From: Eledone cirrhosa
Lineage: Eukaryota
Length of the DNA stretch: 64,000 nucleotides
Assembly: GCA_964016885.1 (NCBI GenBank)
Contig: OZ024742.1
Span: forward strand, 199,702,001 to 199,766,000
Reading direction: 5' to 3'
The notes under the pieces are model-generated. The model did not search any database and was not told where the DNA came from. It saw nothing but the letters and a program-made list of their open reading frames with translations. Below, one piece after another: positions 37,341 to 51,070 of the stretch (within the stretch, counting starts at the first letter, position 1; each line of letters begins with the position of its first letter). The translations under genes and the position numbers were made by a program.

Positions 37341-37406
37341 TATTTTGTCTGAGGAAGGCATAGCATATTGTTAATATGATATCCCTGAAATATATATAAT
37401 GAAATA
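37341..37406 (+). ncRNA. Type I hammerhead ribozyme (family C)
   Basis: TATTTTGT-CTGAGGA-AGG CATAGCATATT gtt AATATGATAT CCCT-GAAA-TATATA-TA-ATGAAATA. Confidence 0.7.
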
Positions 37407-37533
37407 AATATGGTTTTATAAATATAGTTTCCATTTATTTAATATTGTAAATATACTCCAAATATTTGTCGAGTGCTTCTATATCAGTTATAAATATTTA
37501 CTAGTTGTAACCCAACAATTTAAATATAACTTT

Positions 37534-37624
<91 letters not shown>

Positions 37625-37869
37625 AGCACCGTACTCCATATGTATCAAATTGTTGACGTTTTCCTTTCATTATGTTCCACTCCTGTTCTTCGTTTTGAAG
37701 TTTGACAGTGAAATAAACTGACTGAAGTACAATTGGGTTTCTTTAACACTCGAATTCTATGTCACTATAAACTAATTTCACATTGCTAGGAGGTGTCTTA
37801 TTTCTTAGATAATCGTGCCAGGGTCTGGTAGGATTCTTGTAGGGGGCTTGAAGGGAGTAAGGATAGGAG

Positions 37870-40310
37870 AGTGTGGTTAATGGTGGTGGTGTTTTTATTG
37901 TTGATGGTGGTGATGGTGTTGGTGGTGTTGGGGGTATTGTTGTTGTTGGTGGTGGTATTGGTCATGGTGGTGTTGGTGGTGTTGTTGGTGTTGGTGGTTG
38001 ATGGTGGTGTTGTTTTTGTTGTTGATGGTGGGGTTGGTGTTGTTGGTGGGGGTGGTATTGGTGTTGGTGGTGATGTTGGTGGGGGTGTTGTTGTTGGTGT
38101 TGGTGTTGGTAGTTGTGGTGGTGATGGTGATGGTGGTAGCGATGCTAAGTTGTTGTTGGTGGTGTTGGTGTTGTTGGTAGTGGTGTTGGTGGTTGTGGTG
38201 GTGATGGTGATGGTGGTGGTAAGTTGTTGTTGGTGATGGTGTTGGTGGTATTGTTGGTGGTATTGGTGTTGTTGGTAGTGGTGTTGGTGGTTGTGGTGGT
38301 GATGGTGGTGATGGTGGTGGTAACTTGTTGTTGGTGATGGTGTTGGTGGTGGTGTTGGTGGTGTTGGTGTGGTTAGTAGTGGTGTTGGTGGCTGTGGTGG
38401 TAATGGTGGTGCTGGTGATGGTAAGCTGTTGTTGATGGTAGTGTTGGTGTTGTTAGTGGGGGTGGTATTGGTCATGGTGGTGTTGGTGTTGGTGGTGTTG
38501 TTGGTGGGGTTTTTATTGTTGATGGTAGTGGTGTTGGTGGTTGTGGTGGTGATGGTGGTGGTAAGTTGTTGTTGGTGATGGTGTTGGTGGTGTTATTGGT
38601 GGTGTTGGTGTTGTTGGTAGTGGTGTTGGTGGTTGTGGTGGTGTTGGTGGTTGTGGTGGTGATGGTGATGGTAAGTTGTTGTTGGTGATGGTGTTGGTGG
38701 TGGTGATGTTGTTGGTAGTGGTGTTGGTGGTGTTGTTGGTGGTGTTGGTGTTGTTGGTAGTGATGTTGGTGGTTGTGGTGGTGATGGTGATGGTGATGGT
38801 GGTGGTAAGTGTTGTTGGTTGTGGTGGTGGTGGTGTTGTTGGTTGTGTTGGTTGTGTTGGTAGTGGTGTTGTTGGTTGTGGTGGTGCTGGTAAGTTGTTG
38901 TTGGTGATGGTGTTGGTGGTAGTGATGTTGTTGGTTGTGGTGTTGGTGGTGTTGTTGGTAGTGTTGGTGTTGTTGGTAGTGGTGTTGGTGTTGGTGGTTG
39001 TGGTGGTGAATGTAAGTTGTTGTTGATGGTAGTGTTGGTGTTGTTGGTGGGGGTGGTATTGGTGTTGGTGGTGTTGTTGGTGGTGTTGATGTTGGTGGTG
39101 GTGATGGTGATGGTGTTGTTGTTGTTGGTGTTGGTGATGTTGTTGGTGATAGTGATGGTGGTGATGATTGTACGTTGTTGACGTGACCGAGATGGTGGTG
39201 TTGGTGGTGTTGGTGGTGTTGTTATTGGTCATGTTGGTCATGGTGGTGGTGGTGGGGGTGCTGTTGTTGGTGTTGTTGTTGTTGTTGTTGGTTGCTGTGG
39301 TGGTGATGGTGGTGGTGATGGTAAGCTGTTGATGTGATCGTGATGGTGGTATTGGTGGTGTTAGGGTTGGTGTTGTTGGTGGTGGTATTGGTAATGGTGG
39401 TGGAGGTGTTGTGGTTGTGATGGTGGTGGTGAATGTAAGCTGTTGATGTGATCGTGATGGTGGTGTTGGTGTTGGTGGTGTTGTTGGTAGTGTTAGTGTT
39501 GGTGTTGTTGGTGATGGTGTTGGTCATGGGTGTGGCGTTGGTAGTGTTGTTGGTGGTGTTGGTGGTATTGGTGGTGTTGTTGTTGGTGTTGGTGGTGTTC
39601 TTGGTGGTGTTGGTGATGGTGGTGGTGATGGTAAGTTGTTGTTGCTGATGGTGATGGTGGTGTTGGTGGTGGTTTTGGTGGTGCTGTTGGGGGGGGGGTA
39701 TTGATGGTGGTATTGGTGTTGGTTGTGTTGTTCGAGGTGTTGGTGTTGGTGGCTGTGGTGGTGATGGTACGTTGTTGTTGGTGATGGTATGTGTGGTGTT
39801 GTTGGTGTTGGTGTTGATGGTTGTGGTGGTGATGGTGATGGTGGTGGTGATGGTAAGTTGTTGTTGCTGATGGTGATGGTGGTGTTGGTGGTGGTTTTGG
39901 TGGTGCTGTTGGGGGGGGTATTGATGGTGGTATTGGTGTTGGTTGTGTTGTTCGAGGTGTTGGTGTTGGTGGCTGTGGTGGTGATGGTACGTTGTTGTTG
40001 GTGATGGTATGTGTGGTGTTGTTGGTGTTGGTGTTGATGGTTGTGGTGGTGATGGTGATGGTGGTGGTGATGGTAAGTTGTTGGTGATGGTAGTGTTGGT
40101 GGAGGTAGTGTTGATGGCGGTATTGGTGTTGGGGGTTGTGGTGGTGATGGTGATGGTGGTGGTGGTGATGGTAAGTTGTTGGTGATGGTAGTGTTGGTGG
40201 AGGGAGTGTTGATGGCGGTATTGGTGTTGGTGGCTGTGGTGGTAGTGATGGTAAATTGTTGGTGTTGGTTGTTGGTGGGGTTGATGGTGGTGGAGATGGT
40301 TAAGATTTGG
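37870..40310. repeat. (TGG/TGT/TGA)n low-complexity array with internal ~230-bp duplication
   Basis: degenerate trinucleotide repeats; ~39612-39840 repeated at ~39843-40070. Confidence 0.9.
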
Positions 40311-40429
40311 GTTGGGTTAGAGCGGAAATATGGCGACAGTGCTGAGTAATATAGAGTCACACAACCATTGACTACACCATAATTCTTCACGTGTAAGCCA
40401 GATTGCAAACGCTGAAAAACAGATGTTGA

Positions 40430-40449
40430 CATTGCTGCAGCTGCTGTTG

Positions 40450-40484
<35 letters not shown>

Positions 40485-40546
40485 GCTGCTGCTGCTACTA
40501 CTACCACCACTACCACCACCATCACCACTACTACTACCACCACCAT

Positions 40547-40611
<65 letters not shown>

Positions 40612-40612
40612 G
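40430..40612. repeat. (CTA/CTG/CCA)n microsatellite
   Basis: directly visible. Confidence 0.95.
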
Positions 40613-40879
40613 CTTTAGTTGTTATACCAACATCCGTATATATTCTATGTATGATATCTATGTATGCAAGTATTTATAGTACTCTCTTTTAATTTTGAGT
40701 ATATTTTTGACCGGTCACCTTCTCGGTGGCAAGATTGGAAAGGAAAGGAAATTGACGCTGTCTCTTGTGCAATCATTCAGTCATACCTTGATCCAGACGG
40801 ATTGGTATCTATCAAGTATGGGTAAAAGTTTTCGAGCAGTGGGCCGCATAGTATATGGTTCATCATAAGGCGGGCCACA

Positions 40880-41700
40880 CGACTTAAAAATTGAAGGCAG
40901 TTTTGAAATTAGGTGTGCCATTCAGAAGTCTAAATCGACCACTGGTATATATCATGTAACTCCAGCAATGATAGATATGAAGCTGAACGTGTATCTTGGT
41001 TACTGGATCAGAAAACTTCCCATTGAGGGTTCGTAGGTATCCTTCTCCTGTTGAAATTTTCTGATCACATTGAGATCGAATGTGCAGATGACTTCTACAA
41101 CAGAACATGTTTTTAGTGTCCCCCCCCCCCAAAAAACAACAATATCAGGTTGGTTGTGCTTTATTTAGCGGATGTTTTTATTTTTCGGTTCCATCAGTAT
41201 TCCTTTGAACCACCAGTCTCAACATATTTACCCTTATTTGATTTCATTTTCGTCTTCCGTAATGCATTTCAGACCGTTTTAGTGATCACATTATGCCATA
41301 TGGTGGGGGGGGGGGAGGGCATAGACCTGCCAACCTCTGAAAACCCAAACGGGGAGTACGATAAAGAAAGTGCCCCCAAACTGGGAGAAATGAGGCAAAA
41401 TGGGGAGATTTTACATAATGAAAGTTATACTCATTTTCACAAGAGAAAACATCACCCATCCACTTCAAGTGGGTGGGAGATCTTCCCGTCCGACGGGGAG
41501 AGTTCACAGGTCTGAAGGTGGGGGTCGTTACAAGGAGACAGTCTTTCACTGTTGGCAATAATGTGGCTAACGTTTTCAGTCTTTGTTTTGCACAACCTAC
41601 ATTTATTGTCAGCTGATGACTTTTTCCTTTTGTGCAGTAGGTACATGATGAGGATTTCATGTTCTTGGAATGCATGGAGGCATCCTTCAAGGTGAAGATG
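40880..41700 (-). pseudogene. R4/Dong-like LINE C-terminal remnant (CCHC + restriction-like endonuclease)
   Basis: KCRLCKTKTENVSHII and IKHNQPDIVVF on the minus strand. Confidence 0.6.
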
Positions 41701-43450
41701 CTATGAACTTGTCAGGAATCCATGTCTGTTTTTAGTAACGTTTATCCTTTCTACAGTCTATTTTTTTAATTCGAGCATTAAGTAGTATGTGTGTCAACTT
41801 ATATTTCATGTTACTCCTCTAGTTTTGCCCTTTCTATTCCCTTGGTGATTATGCCAAGTGGGAATGCTCTTTGGATGAGTCTATTTTTCAGTTCATTCAC
41901 TGTTTACTCGTGTTTGATCGGGTCCGATAATGTTGTGCATATTTTTTGCTAGGTTAAAATGTTCAATTTTGCGTCTTGTGAGTGGTTTGATGTAAATAGA
42001 AGTACTGTTTTGGATGTTGTCATTAAGGCTATTTATCATATTTTTAATTCTGTGAGTGTATCAAGGTTTTCAGGCCATAAGATACAGTTGGTTTTTTAGT
42101 TGCGTGTGAAATGTATCTCCAAATTGCATTAGCGATTGACTCTCTTTTACTCTTTTACCTGTTTCAGCCATCCGGCTGAGGCCATGCTGGGGCACCGCCC
42201 TTGACTGTAAATATTTTGTAAATCTTTTGGAATCCCATGGCTACATTGGAGTATGTGGGGGATACTTTCGTGCCAATTGCGGTTCCTGATATTTGTCGGT
42301 ACTCAGATCCATTAAATAAAGATTAATTTTTTTGAAATATGAATTAAAGTCTATCAATGATGAAGTCATTTTTGATGCGAAACGGTAATTTGGATTATTG
42401 TGTGTTTAGCCAATATTCAATTGCAGTTATTCAATAGCCATGGGGAATAGTTGTGCATAAGTTTACAACGTCGAACGAAACAACAACAAAAATATATGTT
42501 CACTTACTGTTTTGAGAAGATGATTCAGCATGTCTAGGACATCTGCTATGTAGATCTGAAGGGTTTTAACAGGATGTTCAAGAAGTTACCCAGTCTATGT
42601 GATTCTCATAAATAGCTTACTATAATTGGCACAAGCTTTAAATCGTCTGGATTTCGTTGTTGGAGCTTTAGAAGCACCATTTATCAATTTGTATTTATGT
42701 ATTTTCGGTGAGTCATAAAAAAATACTTGTTTTTGATTTGAAGTGGTTTATGTAGTCGATTTCTTTCGAATTCTTTGCAGTAATTATCTACCAAGGTTAA
42801 TAAATTTGCTATTATTTTTTACTGTTTGTAGTTGGTTGTTTTTTGTTTCATAATAACTGTTGTCCTCTTACATGTTAAAGGCCAGATCTGTATAGCAGTC
42901 TGTATTTATAGTGACAACAGTGCTACCTTCATCAGCCTCTCTAATAGAGATTTCAGTGTATTCTTGTAAATCAATTAGGTTCTTCCATTCGTATTTTCAG
43001 AAATTTGATTTAGTATTTCTATTTCCAATATTTTCAATGGGAAAATTAAACCTAGTGATTCGTCTTCATTAGGATTGATTTCGCAGAAGAATTCGGCTAA
43101 TTCCCTGATGTCATTTTTCATTTTGTTGAAGTTTGATTTTTGTGGGGTGGGTGTAAATTTTAGTCATTTAATATATCATTTGAGTGTTTGTCAATGACTT
43201 CTTTCAAAGGTTGATTACCTTCTGTTTCTCATATCTGGAGGCCATCACGTGTCCTGGTATTTCTGTGCTTGTGCTAGATTGTTATTTTCAGCACAGCTGT
43301 TGTTTGTGTGGGTGTGTAGGTTGCTTATTTATGGAAAGTAATGTAGTGTTGTAGGTGGTACCTGTTTTAGTTGTTCTTGTATAGGGATTCTGTTGGAATT
43401 TCATATATTAGAGCTGTCATTCTTAATCTTTTTTGTTTTGTTTTATACCC
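41700..43450 (-). pseudogene. Highly decayed Penelope-type RT
   Basis: ISIREADEGSTVVTI (~42910-42955; cf. the KPADKG motif) and GTAIGTKVSPTYSNVAMG (~42233-42286; cf. GTAMG..MAP.YAN). Confidence 0.62.
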
Positions 43451-43590
43451 ACTACGACTTCTCAGAAAATGTAATGCACCGCCCCATCCCTAAATATGAA
43501 AATATCTTTGGTGTTATAGATAATCGGTGCCACATCATGACCGTAATCTAATGGTTGAAACCAGAAAAATAGAATATATATATATGTGTG

Positions 43591-43666
<76 letters not shown>

Positions 43667-43731
43667 TACATATATATATATATACCCATTGTACATCGAT
43701 CTGCAGCACACACGCACATACATACACAGAG

Positions 43732-43889
<158 letters not shown>

Positions 43890-43904
43890 ATCACAGACAC
43901 ACAT

Positions 43905-43966
<62 letters not shown>

Positions 43967-44446
43967 TCTATTTCTATCTATAACAGTTATTTTTCTTTTT
44001 TCTCCATGCCCCACCATGCTACTACAAAAAATGCTATGCCCCCTTTCGTCTCAATATGAAAAAATGTTTGGCGTTAAAAATTTATAAATTTACGAACAAA
44101 AAAATCTTTCAAATTGCCCCACAAAATTATTTAAAGTTTCCCCATGTGGGGCATGCTCACCACATACTTCTCTATCTTAGGCTTTTCATTCTTTCTTGCT
44201 ATCTTTCTTTCTTTCTTTCTTTCTTCCTTTCTTACACCCTCCTCTTTCTTATTTTCATCCTTTCTCTACCCCCACCCACACTCTCACAGTCTCTCCCTTT
44301 TTTATTACACACCACATTTACTCTGGCCTTTCTCTATTTCACACTCACATACTCACTCCCTCACACACGTTCTGTGTGTGTATATATATATATACATGTA
44401 TATAAGGAGGTGATTATGTGTGTATATTGTGTGTGTATGTATATAC

Positions 44447-44510
<64 letters not shown>

Positions 44511-44526
44511 ATGTAAATATATATAT

Positions 44527-44614
<88 letters not shown>

Positions 44615-44617
44615 ATT

Positions 44618-44685
<68 letters not shown>

Positions 44686-44699
44686 AATATATATAAATA

Positions 44700-45015
44700 T
44701 AGTTATACTTTGGGAGGGTCATGTTGCCAATAAGAAACACACGCACCAGTTGCTTTCACTTCAATTTATTATATATTTATAAATTCATAAATTTACAAAT
44801 CTACAAACTTATAAATTATAAATTTCTGGTTGGTTGGTTGGTTCCACAACCAGATAGTTGTTTATATATATAGTCATAGTCCTTTCGTCACACACTCTGT
44901 GACCTCTTCAGTGACTGGGGATTCCTTTCTTCGTTTCTGTGCCTTTTCTTTCTTCTATCCTACGCCATTTTGTTTCTGTGTGTGTGTGTTGTGTGCTCAG
45001 TTTGCGCATGTGCCA
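44700..45015 (-). mobile_element. PLE 3'-end fragment, family D
   Basis: matches 60540-60790 and 50810-50950; flanked by (TA)n. Confidence 0.75.
44872..44916 (-). ncRNA. Minimal type I hammerhead ribozyme (family D)
   Basis: AGTCA-CTGAAGA-G-GTCACA gagtg TGTGAC-GAAA-GGAC-TA-TGACT. Confidence 0.8.
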
Positions 45016-45036
45016 CATTATATAAATATAAATATG

Positions 45037-45067
<31 letters not shown>

Positions 45068-45070
45068 ATT

Positions 45071-45108
<38 letters not shown>

Positions 45109-45131
45109 TATGTAAATATATATAAATATAA

Positions 45132-45177
<46 letters not shown>

Positions 45178-45221
45178 ATATATATATGAATATATATATA
45201 TATATACATATATATGTAAAT

Positions 45222-45266
<45 letters not shown>

Positions 45267-45544
45267 CATGTATATACATACACACATAATCACCTCCTTA
45301 CCCTCTCCTTATTTTGTTCCTTATATCAATCCATCCCCCTTTTCTCATCATCCCCCCCCCTCTTCTCTTCCTCACGTATTCCCCCCATCTCTCCCATAAG
45401 CACTGTTCTTCTCGTTCAAAAAAAAAATCCTAAACTGACACCAAACAAGCGCCTTATTGAATGGTATTTTAACAAGATAGATTTAAAAATAATCTATAAT
45501 ATGACACATGGCACTTGTTCTACCTCCTGTCTTTGCCTTTCACA

Positions 45545-45616
<72 letters not shown>

Positions 45617-45709
45617 ATATGTGTGCATGTATGTATGATTTACTCATATATTATATATTTATATATGTATGCATACAAACACGCACGCACACATATATAT
45701 GTGTGTGTA

Positions 45710-45783
<74 letters not shown>

Positions 45784-46026
45784 ACACACACATTAAATGT
45801 ATGAGGAAAGTCAACAAGGAAAAAAAACACGGGAGAACAATACAATACAATGATGATATATATTAGTTTAGCGATTAATATATATATATAATATATATAT
45901 ATATGTGTGTGTGTGTGTTTGTGTATGTGTAAGTATATATATATATATATATACATACTTACACATACACAAACACACACACACACATATTTATATATAT
46001 ATTTACTGTATATATATTTACACATG

Positions 46027-46057
<31 letters not shown>

Positions 46058-46599
46058 TTACATACACACACACACATATATATATATATATATGTGTGTG
46101 TGTGTAAATATATATATGCGCGTGTGTGTGTGTGAGTGAGTGTATGCATGTATATATGCGTATATACATACATATATATATGTGTGTGTTTGTTGGTGTG
46201 TATGTACGCGTGTATATAGTGATTGGTCTGATAATGAGCCTCTCGCAAAAAGCATAGTTTTCACTTTACGTAATTTTTGAAGTAAAAATACAATTACTTT
46301 TTAAGGACAATGGGATGACACTTTTTACTGTTTTCTTTTCCTTTAAATAGGATTTCACTTGCCAACTTAAAAAGCATTTAAGGATAATTAAATATAAAAT
46401 AATACTACAGCGCCAAAAGTACATGGTTGATTGTTAAATGTATAAGTAAAAAGATGCAACTATTTCTTCTCTTCAGTTCCCTATAGCTCACTCCTTTTAC
46501 CTCACGTCTACTTTCCCCCATATAACTCCCCCCACACTTATTTAACACTGCCAGAGACTAGGTGCAACTACAACCCTACACAACAAACCATATATATAA

Positions 46600-46643
<44 letters not shown>

Positions 46644-46842
46644 CGAAGGAAATGTGGTAAGGAACCAGGTGGACCATAACGCACCAAAGTACTCAATACT
46701 TGGGGTAGTAGAGTGGGTAATAGGAATCAGTAAGACCCCGACGGCTGAGCTCAAGCCGTTTCGACGGCTAATTCTGGACAGAATTCTGGACAGAATTAGC
46801 CGTCGAAACGGCTTGAGCTCAGCCGTCGGGGTCTTACTGGTT

Positions 46843-46883
<41 letters not shown>

Positions 46884-47014
46884 GTGAGGGTTTTTTCACA
46901 AAATGAAAAATAACCGAGGTGTCCTATACGAGTGAAAGTATAAAGAAAAAGAGATGAAATCGAAAATGCAACTGGAGTCTTATTTTTTTTAAAAATATAT
47001 ATATTTATTTGGTT

Positions 47015-47052
47015 CCTTTACCGGTTTCGCAGTTCTTCTGCTTTTCAAAAGG
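47015..47052 (-). ncRNA. Variant hammerhead (U3-A8 core), mirror copy
   Basis: reverse complement of 47118-47155. Confidence 0.65.
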
Positions 47053-47117
47053 TGAGTTGAGATGGAGGGTCTGTTGTATTTCTGTGAGAAAAACTACAGA
47101 CCCTCCATCTCAACTCA

Positions 47118-47155
47118 CCTTTTGAAAAGCAGAAGAACTGCGAAACCGGTAAAGG
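47118..47155 (+). ncRNA. Variant minimal hammerhead (U3-A8 core)
   Basis: CCTT-TTGAAAA-GCAG aagaa CTGC-GAAA-CCGG-TA-AAGG. Confidence 0.68.
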
Positions 47156-47226
47156 AACCAAATAAATATATATATATTTAAAAAAAAAATAAGACTCCAG
47201 TTGCATTTTCGATTTCATCTCTTTTT

Positions 47227-47340
<114 letters not shown>

Positions 47341-47568
47341 TTATATATATATTTATATGTATATTTATATATATATTTATATGTATATTTATATATATAT
47401 TTATATATATATTTATATATATCATTCCACCTACATAATTGTGTTAAGTTCTGATAACGTTACATCAGTATAGTTCACTATTTTATTGATTGCAGAACAG
47501 CTCTATCCTGCTTTCACAGAAATACGTATATTCAATAAATATGATTATGTAACTTCTGTCTTAACGTT

Positions 47569-47634
<66 letters not shown>

Positions 47635-47637
<3 letters not shown>

Positions 47638-48653
47638 GGAGGTGAGTTTTATTGTAGTACAATAAAGCAATGCAGATATCGGATAAGAAGCACTCTACAG
47701 TTTGTGGGACTGGAGTATGCATAATATAAGATCAAAAGATGGTTAAAGGAACTAACACTGCTCTCTCAGAACTCATATGGTCCTTAAAAGACAAAAACAT
47801 TAAATATAACATCTTTTGGAAAAAGATTTCTTCTGCATCCTCGTACTTGAACAGTTCCCTATCTAAAATCTGTAATCTCTGCCTAAATGAAAAATTTACC
47901 ATTATCTCTAACCTAGAATCCATAATAAATAGACGCTCGAATTTGTTTTCCATCTGCCTGCATAAATTCCATAGAACTTTTCACAAAGTATACAGTTAAT
48001 ATTCAATTCTTTATCAACTTAGAATCTTTTCTCAAAGGCACATATACATACACCTCTTTAAAATATACCCATCTACCTTACTTTAAAGGGCATTATACAC
48101 TCTATAGTACTCGTTTATTCATTTACCTCATCCTATCTTCTCGTAAAACAATAACATTTGTTTTTGACATTTTGAATATTCATCCGCAATCATTATTATT
48201 TTTTTTCCCTCAATCATAAATCTTTTTAATCTCAATTTCATCCTTAATTTATTATTATATTTTTTTTAATATATACTCATATATTCTTTAAAATATACCC
48301 ATCTACCTTACTTTAAAGGGCATTATACACTCTATAATACCCGTTTACTCATCACCCTCATTATATCTCTTCGTAAAACAATAACATTTGTTTTTGACAT
48401 TTTGAGTATTCATCCGCAATCATTATTATTTTTTCTCTCTATCATAAATCTTTTTAATCTCAATTTCATCCTTAATTTATTACTATTTTTTTTTTTTTTT
48501 CTCCCCATCAACGAACTCATTATTAATACATATGAATTCAATATAAAAACTTTAACTTCACATTATTTTTCTCAAATCCTATACATAAACATTTTCTCTT
48601 TGCTAATTTTAAGATTCCTACATTTCTCCTTTTGAATATTCACCCACAATTAT

Positions 48654-48689
<36 letters not shown>

Positions 48690-49372
48690 CTCTCTATCTC
48701 CATACATAATCTCCCTTCGTTATTTTTTCTCTCTATCTCCATACATAATTTCCCTTCGTTAATTTTCAAATTCCTTTAATTTATACATTATCTTCCAACG
48801 GTTCCCAACCTCTCTATATTAAAACATTATATCTTTTTCTCAGTTATAAAAACTATCTCTTTCTCTCTATCACCCATCTCTCCCTTTCCACCCTCACTCT
48901 CATCTCCTCCCCTTTTTTTCATCCTTTCCACCCCCACCCCTCCCTAAATATAATATATTTTTTCCTCGCACATATCCTCCCTTCGTTAATTTTCAAAATT
49001 TTTAATTTATACAGTATCTTCCAACGGTTTTCAACCCCTCTATATAAAATATATCTCCTCTCTGTTATAAAAACTATCTCTTTCTCTCTATCACCCATCT
49101 CTCCCTCTCATCTCCTTCCCTTTTCATCCTTTTCTCTCCCCCCCTCTCTAAATAAAATATTTTTCCCAATATCACACATCAATCTAAAACCACTTTTCAT
49201 ATGTTGATTTAAAACTGCACTATCAACAAGTGTTTTTTTAGCCTTCATATCATGTTCTCCTGTTTTATCTGATGAAAACACAAATATTATTGTTTGATGA
49301 TGTTTGTTTTTGAAATGCGCATAATAAAATATATTGAACTCCTTTAACCATCTTTTGATCTTATATTATATA
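47635..49372 (+). mobile_element. 5'-truncated Penelope-like element: GIY-YIG C-terminus, long duplicated 3' UTR, HHR, inverted 3' end at the 5' side
   Basis: TALSELIWSLKD...KICNLCLNEK...INRRSNLFSICLHK (47752-47999); 47721-47751 is inverted at 49339-49369; UTR has tandem duplications. Confidence 0.82.
49263..49329 (+). ncRNA. Type I hammerhead ribozyme in PLE 3' end
   Basis: TTTTAT-CTGATGA-AAACACAAATATTAT..ATGATGTTTGTTTTT-GAAA-TGCGCA-TA-ATAAAA. Confidence 0.82.
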
Positions 49373-49710
49373 TATATATATATATAAGGGGTAACAAGTT
49401 ATCGGTAGAGGTTGTGAGTACTCTGCGCCGTGGATAGTTTTAACGTACGGCTTTGTTTAACTCAACAAGATGTTTCCATAGTTATGCAACGAGTTCGCGG
49501 TGATTCCTATGTAGGTTATACTTGGCGTAATAATAGTGAAAGAATGAAGAGTAACATGGTTGGCTGTACAACAAAGGGCTTTATTTCAGGTATTAACTAT
49601 ATATATATATAAATAGGATTTCGCTTCAAGCATAGCGTTATACAATTATGTATAGAAATTTCGTATTTCTAAAGAAACACGGTTTTAGGAAGCCGTAGCT
49701 ATGTAAACAC

Positions 49711-49747
<37 letters not shown>

Positions 49748-49749
<2 letters not shown>

Positions 49750-50300
49750 AACGAAGGAAGTGAGGTAAAGAACCAGGTGGATCATAACGCACCAGAGTAC
49801 TCGATACTTTGGGTAGTAGAGTTGGTAATAGGAAATGGTCCCAGGGCTAACTCCTACTCGGGAGGACGCCGTAGGTGTAACTTATGCTCGGAGGAAACAA
49901 TACAAATGGTGTTTACGAGGGACCAACTCCTAAACAAAAAAGACAGACTTGTAACCGCATGTAAACACCGATTGCGCAGGACTTACCTTGCCTTCAAACC
50001 ACCTCATGACCCGGGTCGGTAGACAATGGCTGTAACATCCTTCTTTTCCCCACTTGCCAAACAAGATAGGAGAAACCCCAGCTTACATAGGTAGATGTAA
50101 TTATTTTATTTTTTCCCTTTATCTCTTCTTCTCACTTCCTTCCACTCCTTCACCTCTTCATTTTCCTTTTCCTATTTCGCTTACTCTGAGGCAACCCATC
50201 TGACTTTTGTAGCCTCAGTACCCCAACCCCCGTGAATTCTATATAGCATTGGCTGAAAACGCAACACCAGCAAAAAATATAGCAACTGTTTTAGAACCTT
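49748..50300 (+). mobile_element. PLE 3' fragment (GIY-YIG C-terminus) preceded by an inverted family E end
   Basis: ANSYSGGRRRCNLCSEE...LLNKKDRLVTACKHR; right boundary uncertain. Confidence 0.7.
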
Positions 50301-50479
50301 ATTATTTTTATTTTTTTTAATTTTAGAATTTCCCATTTTCAGATTACTGTATAATTCTATTTTCGCTTGCTTTCTAGCTAGCCTATTTCATCCACACTCC
50401 TTAGAATTTGTTGTATAGAATTTACTTTTAACGCGTGACCGGTTTCACCCACTCCCTCTTTGTTCCACAGGCAAGTTTT

Positions 50480-50805
50480 CACTGAAACAGGTGGAGAAGT
50501 TGAAGTATCTCGAGCGATGGAAGGCATGTGGTTGCATTAAGTGCAGGAATATGCAAGAGCTGGTTCAGTAATGAGCGAGCTTCAGCATTCAGTAGGTATA
50601 AAAGGCAAACTCGCTATATTCAAATCGATATTAGTGCTAACTCTTACCTATTGTCATGAATCTTGGGAAATGACCGAAATGGGGTTGTTATGAAGGGTCT
50701 TTGGAGTAACGTTACTCGATAGTGTGCGTAACTCGGAGATCAGATAATCACTTCAAGTAGAGTCGTTAATTCTCCGAATTAATAGAATACAGCTCCGATA
50801 TTATA
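50480..50805 (+). pseudogene. RTE-like RT C-terminal fragment
   Basis: LKQVEKLKYL; KLAIFKSILVLTLTYCHESW; LDSVRNSEIR. Confidence 0.65.
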
Positions 50806-51070
50806 TATTTATAAATTTATTATAATAAATTGAAGTGAAAGCAACTGGTGCGTGTGTTTCTTATTGGCAACATGACCCTCCCAAAGTATAACAATATCGG
50901 TTTCAACACACGATTTCAGATAAAGAATCTTGCTAAACAAATTCAGAAACGAAATATATATATATATATATATATATATAGAAGAAAATAACGAAACCCG
51001 CGTCATCAGCTCTCTAATTGAGGTTATGTAACAGTTTGGTTTCGCATATAAACATTATTTATTTATATAT

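Larger units (their letters stand above)
37093..37448. repeat. Apparently perfect 175-bp-arm palindrome, 6-bp spacer, one hammerhead per arm
   Basis: arms 37093-37267 and 37274-37448. Confidence 0.92.

Noticed and set aside
37798-40692. Thr/Asn/His/Pro-rich mucin-like or poly-Val ORFs
   Set aside because: Degenerate trinucleotide array with frame-breaking indels, no splice or domain evidence
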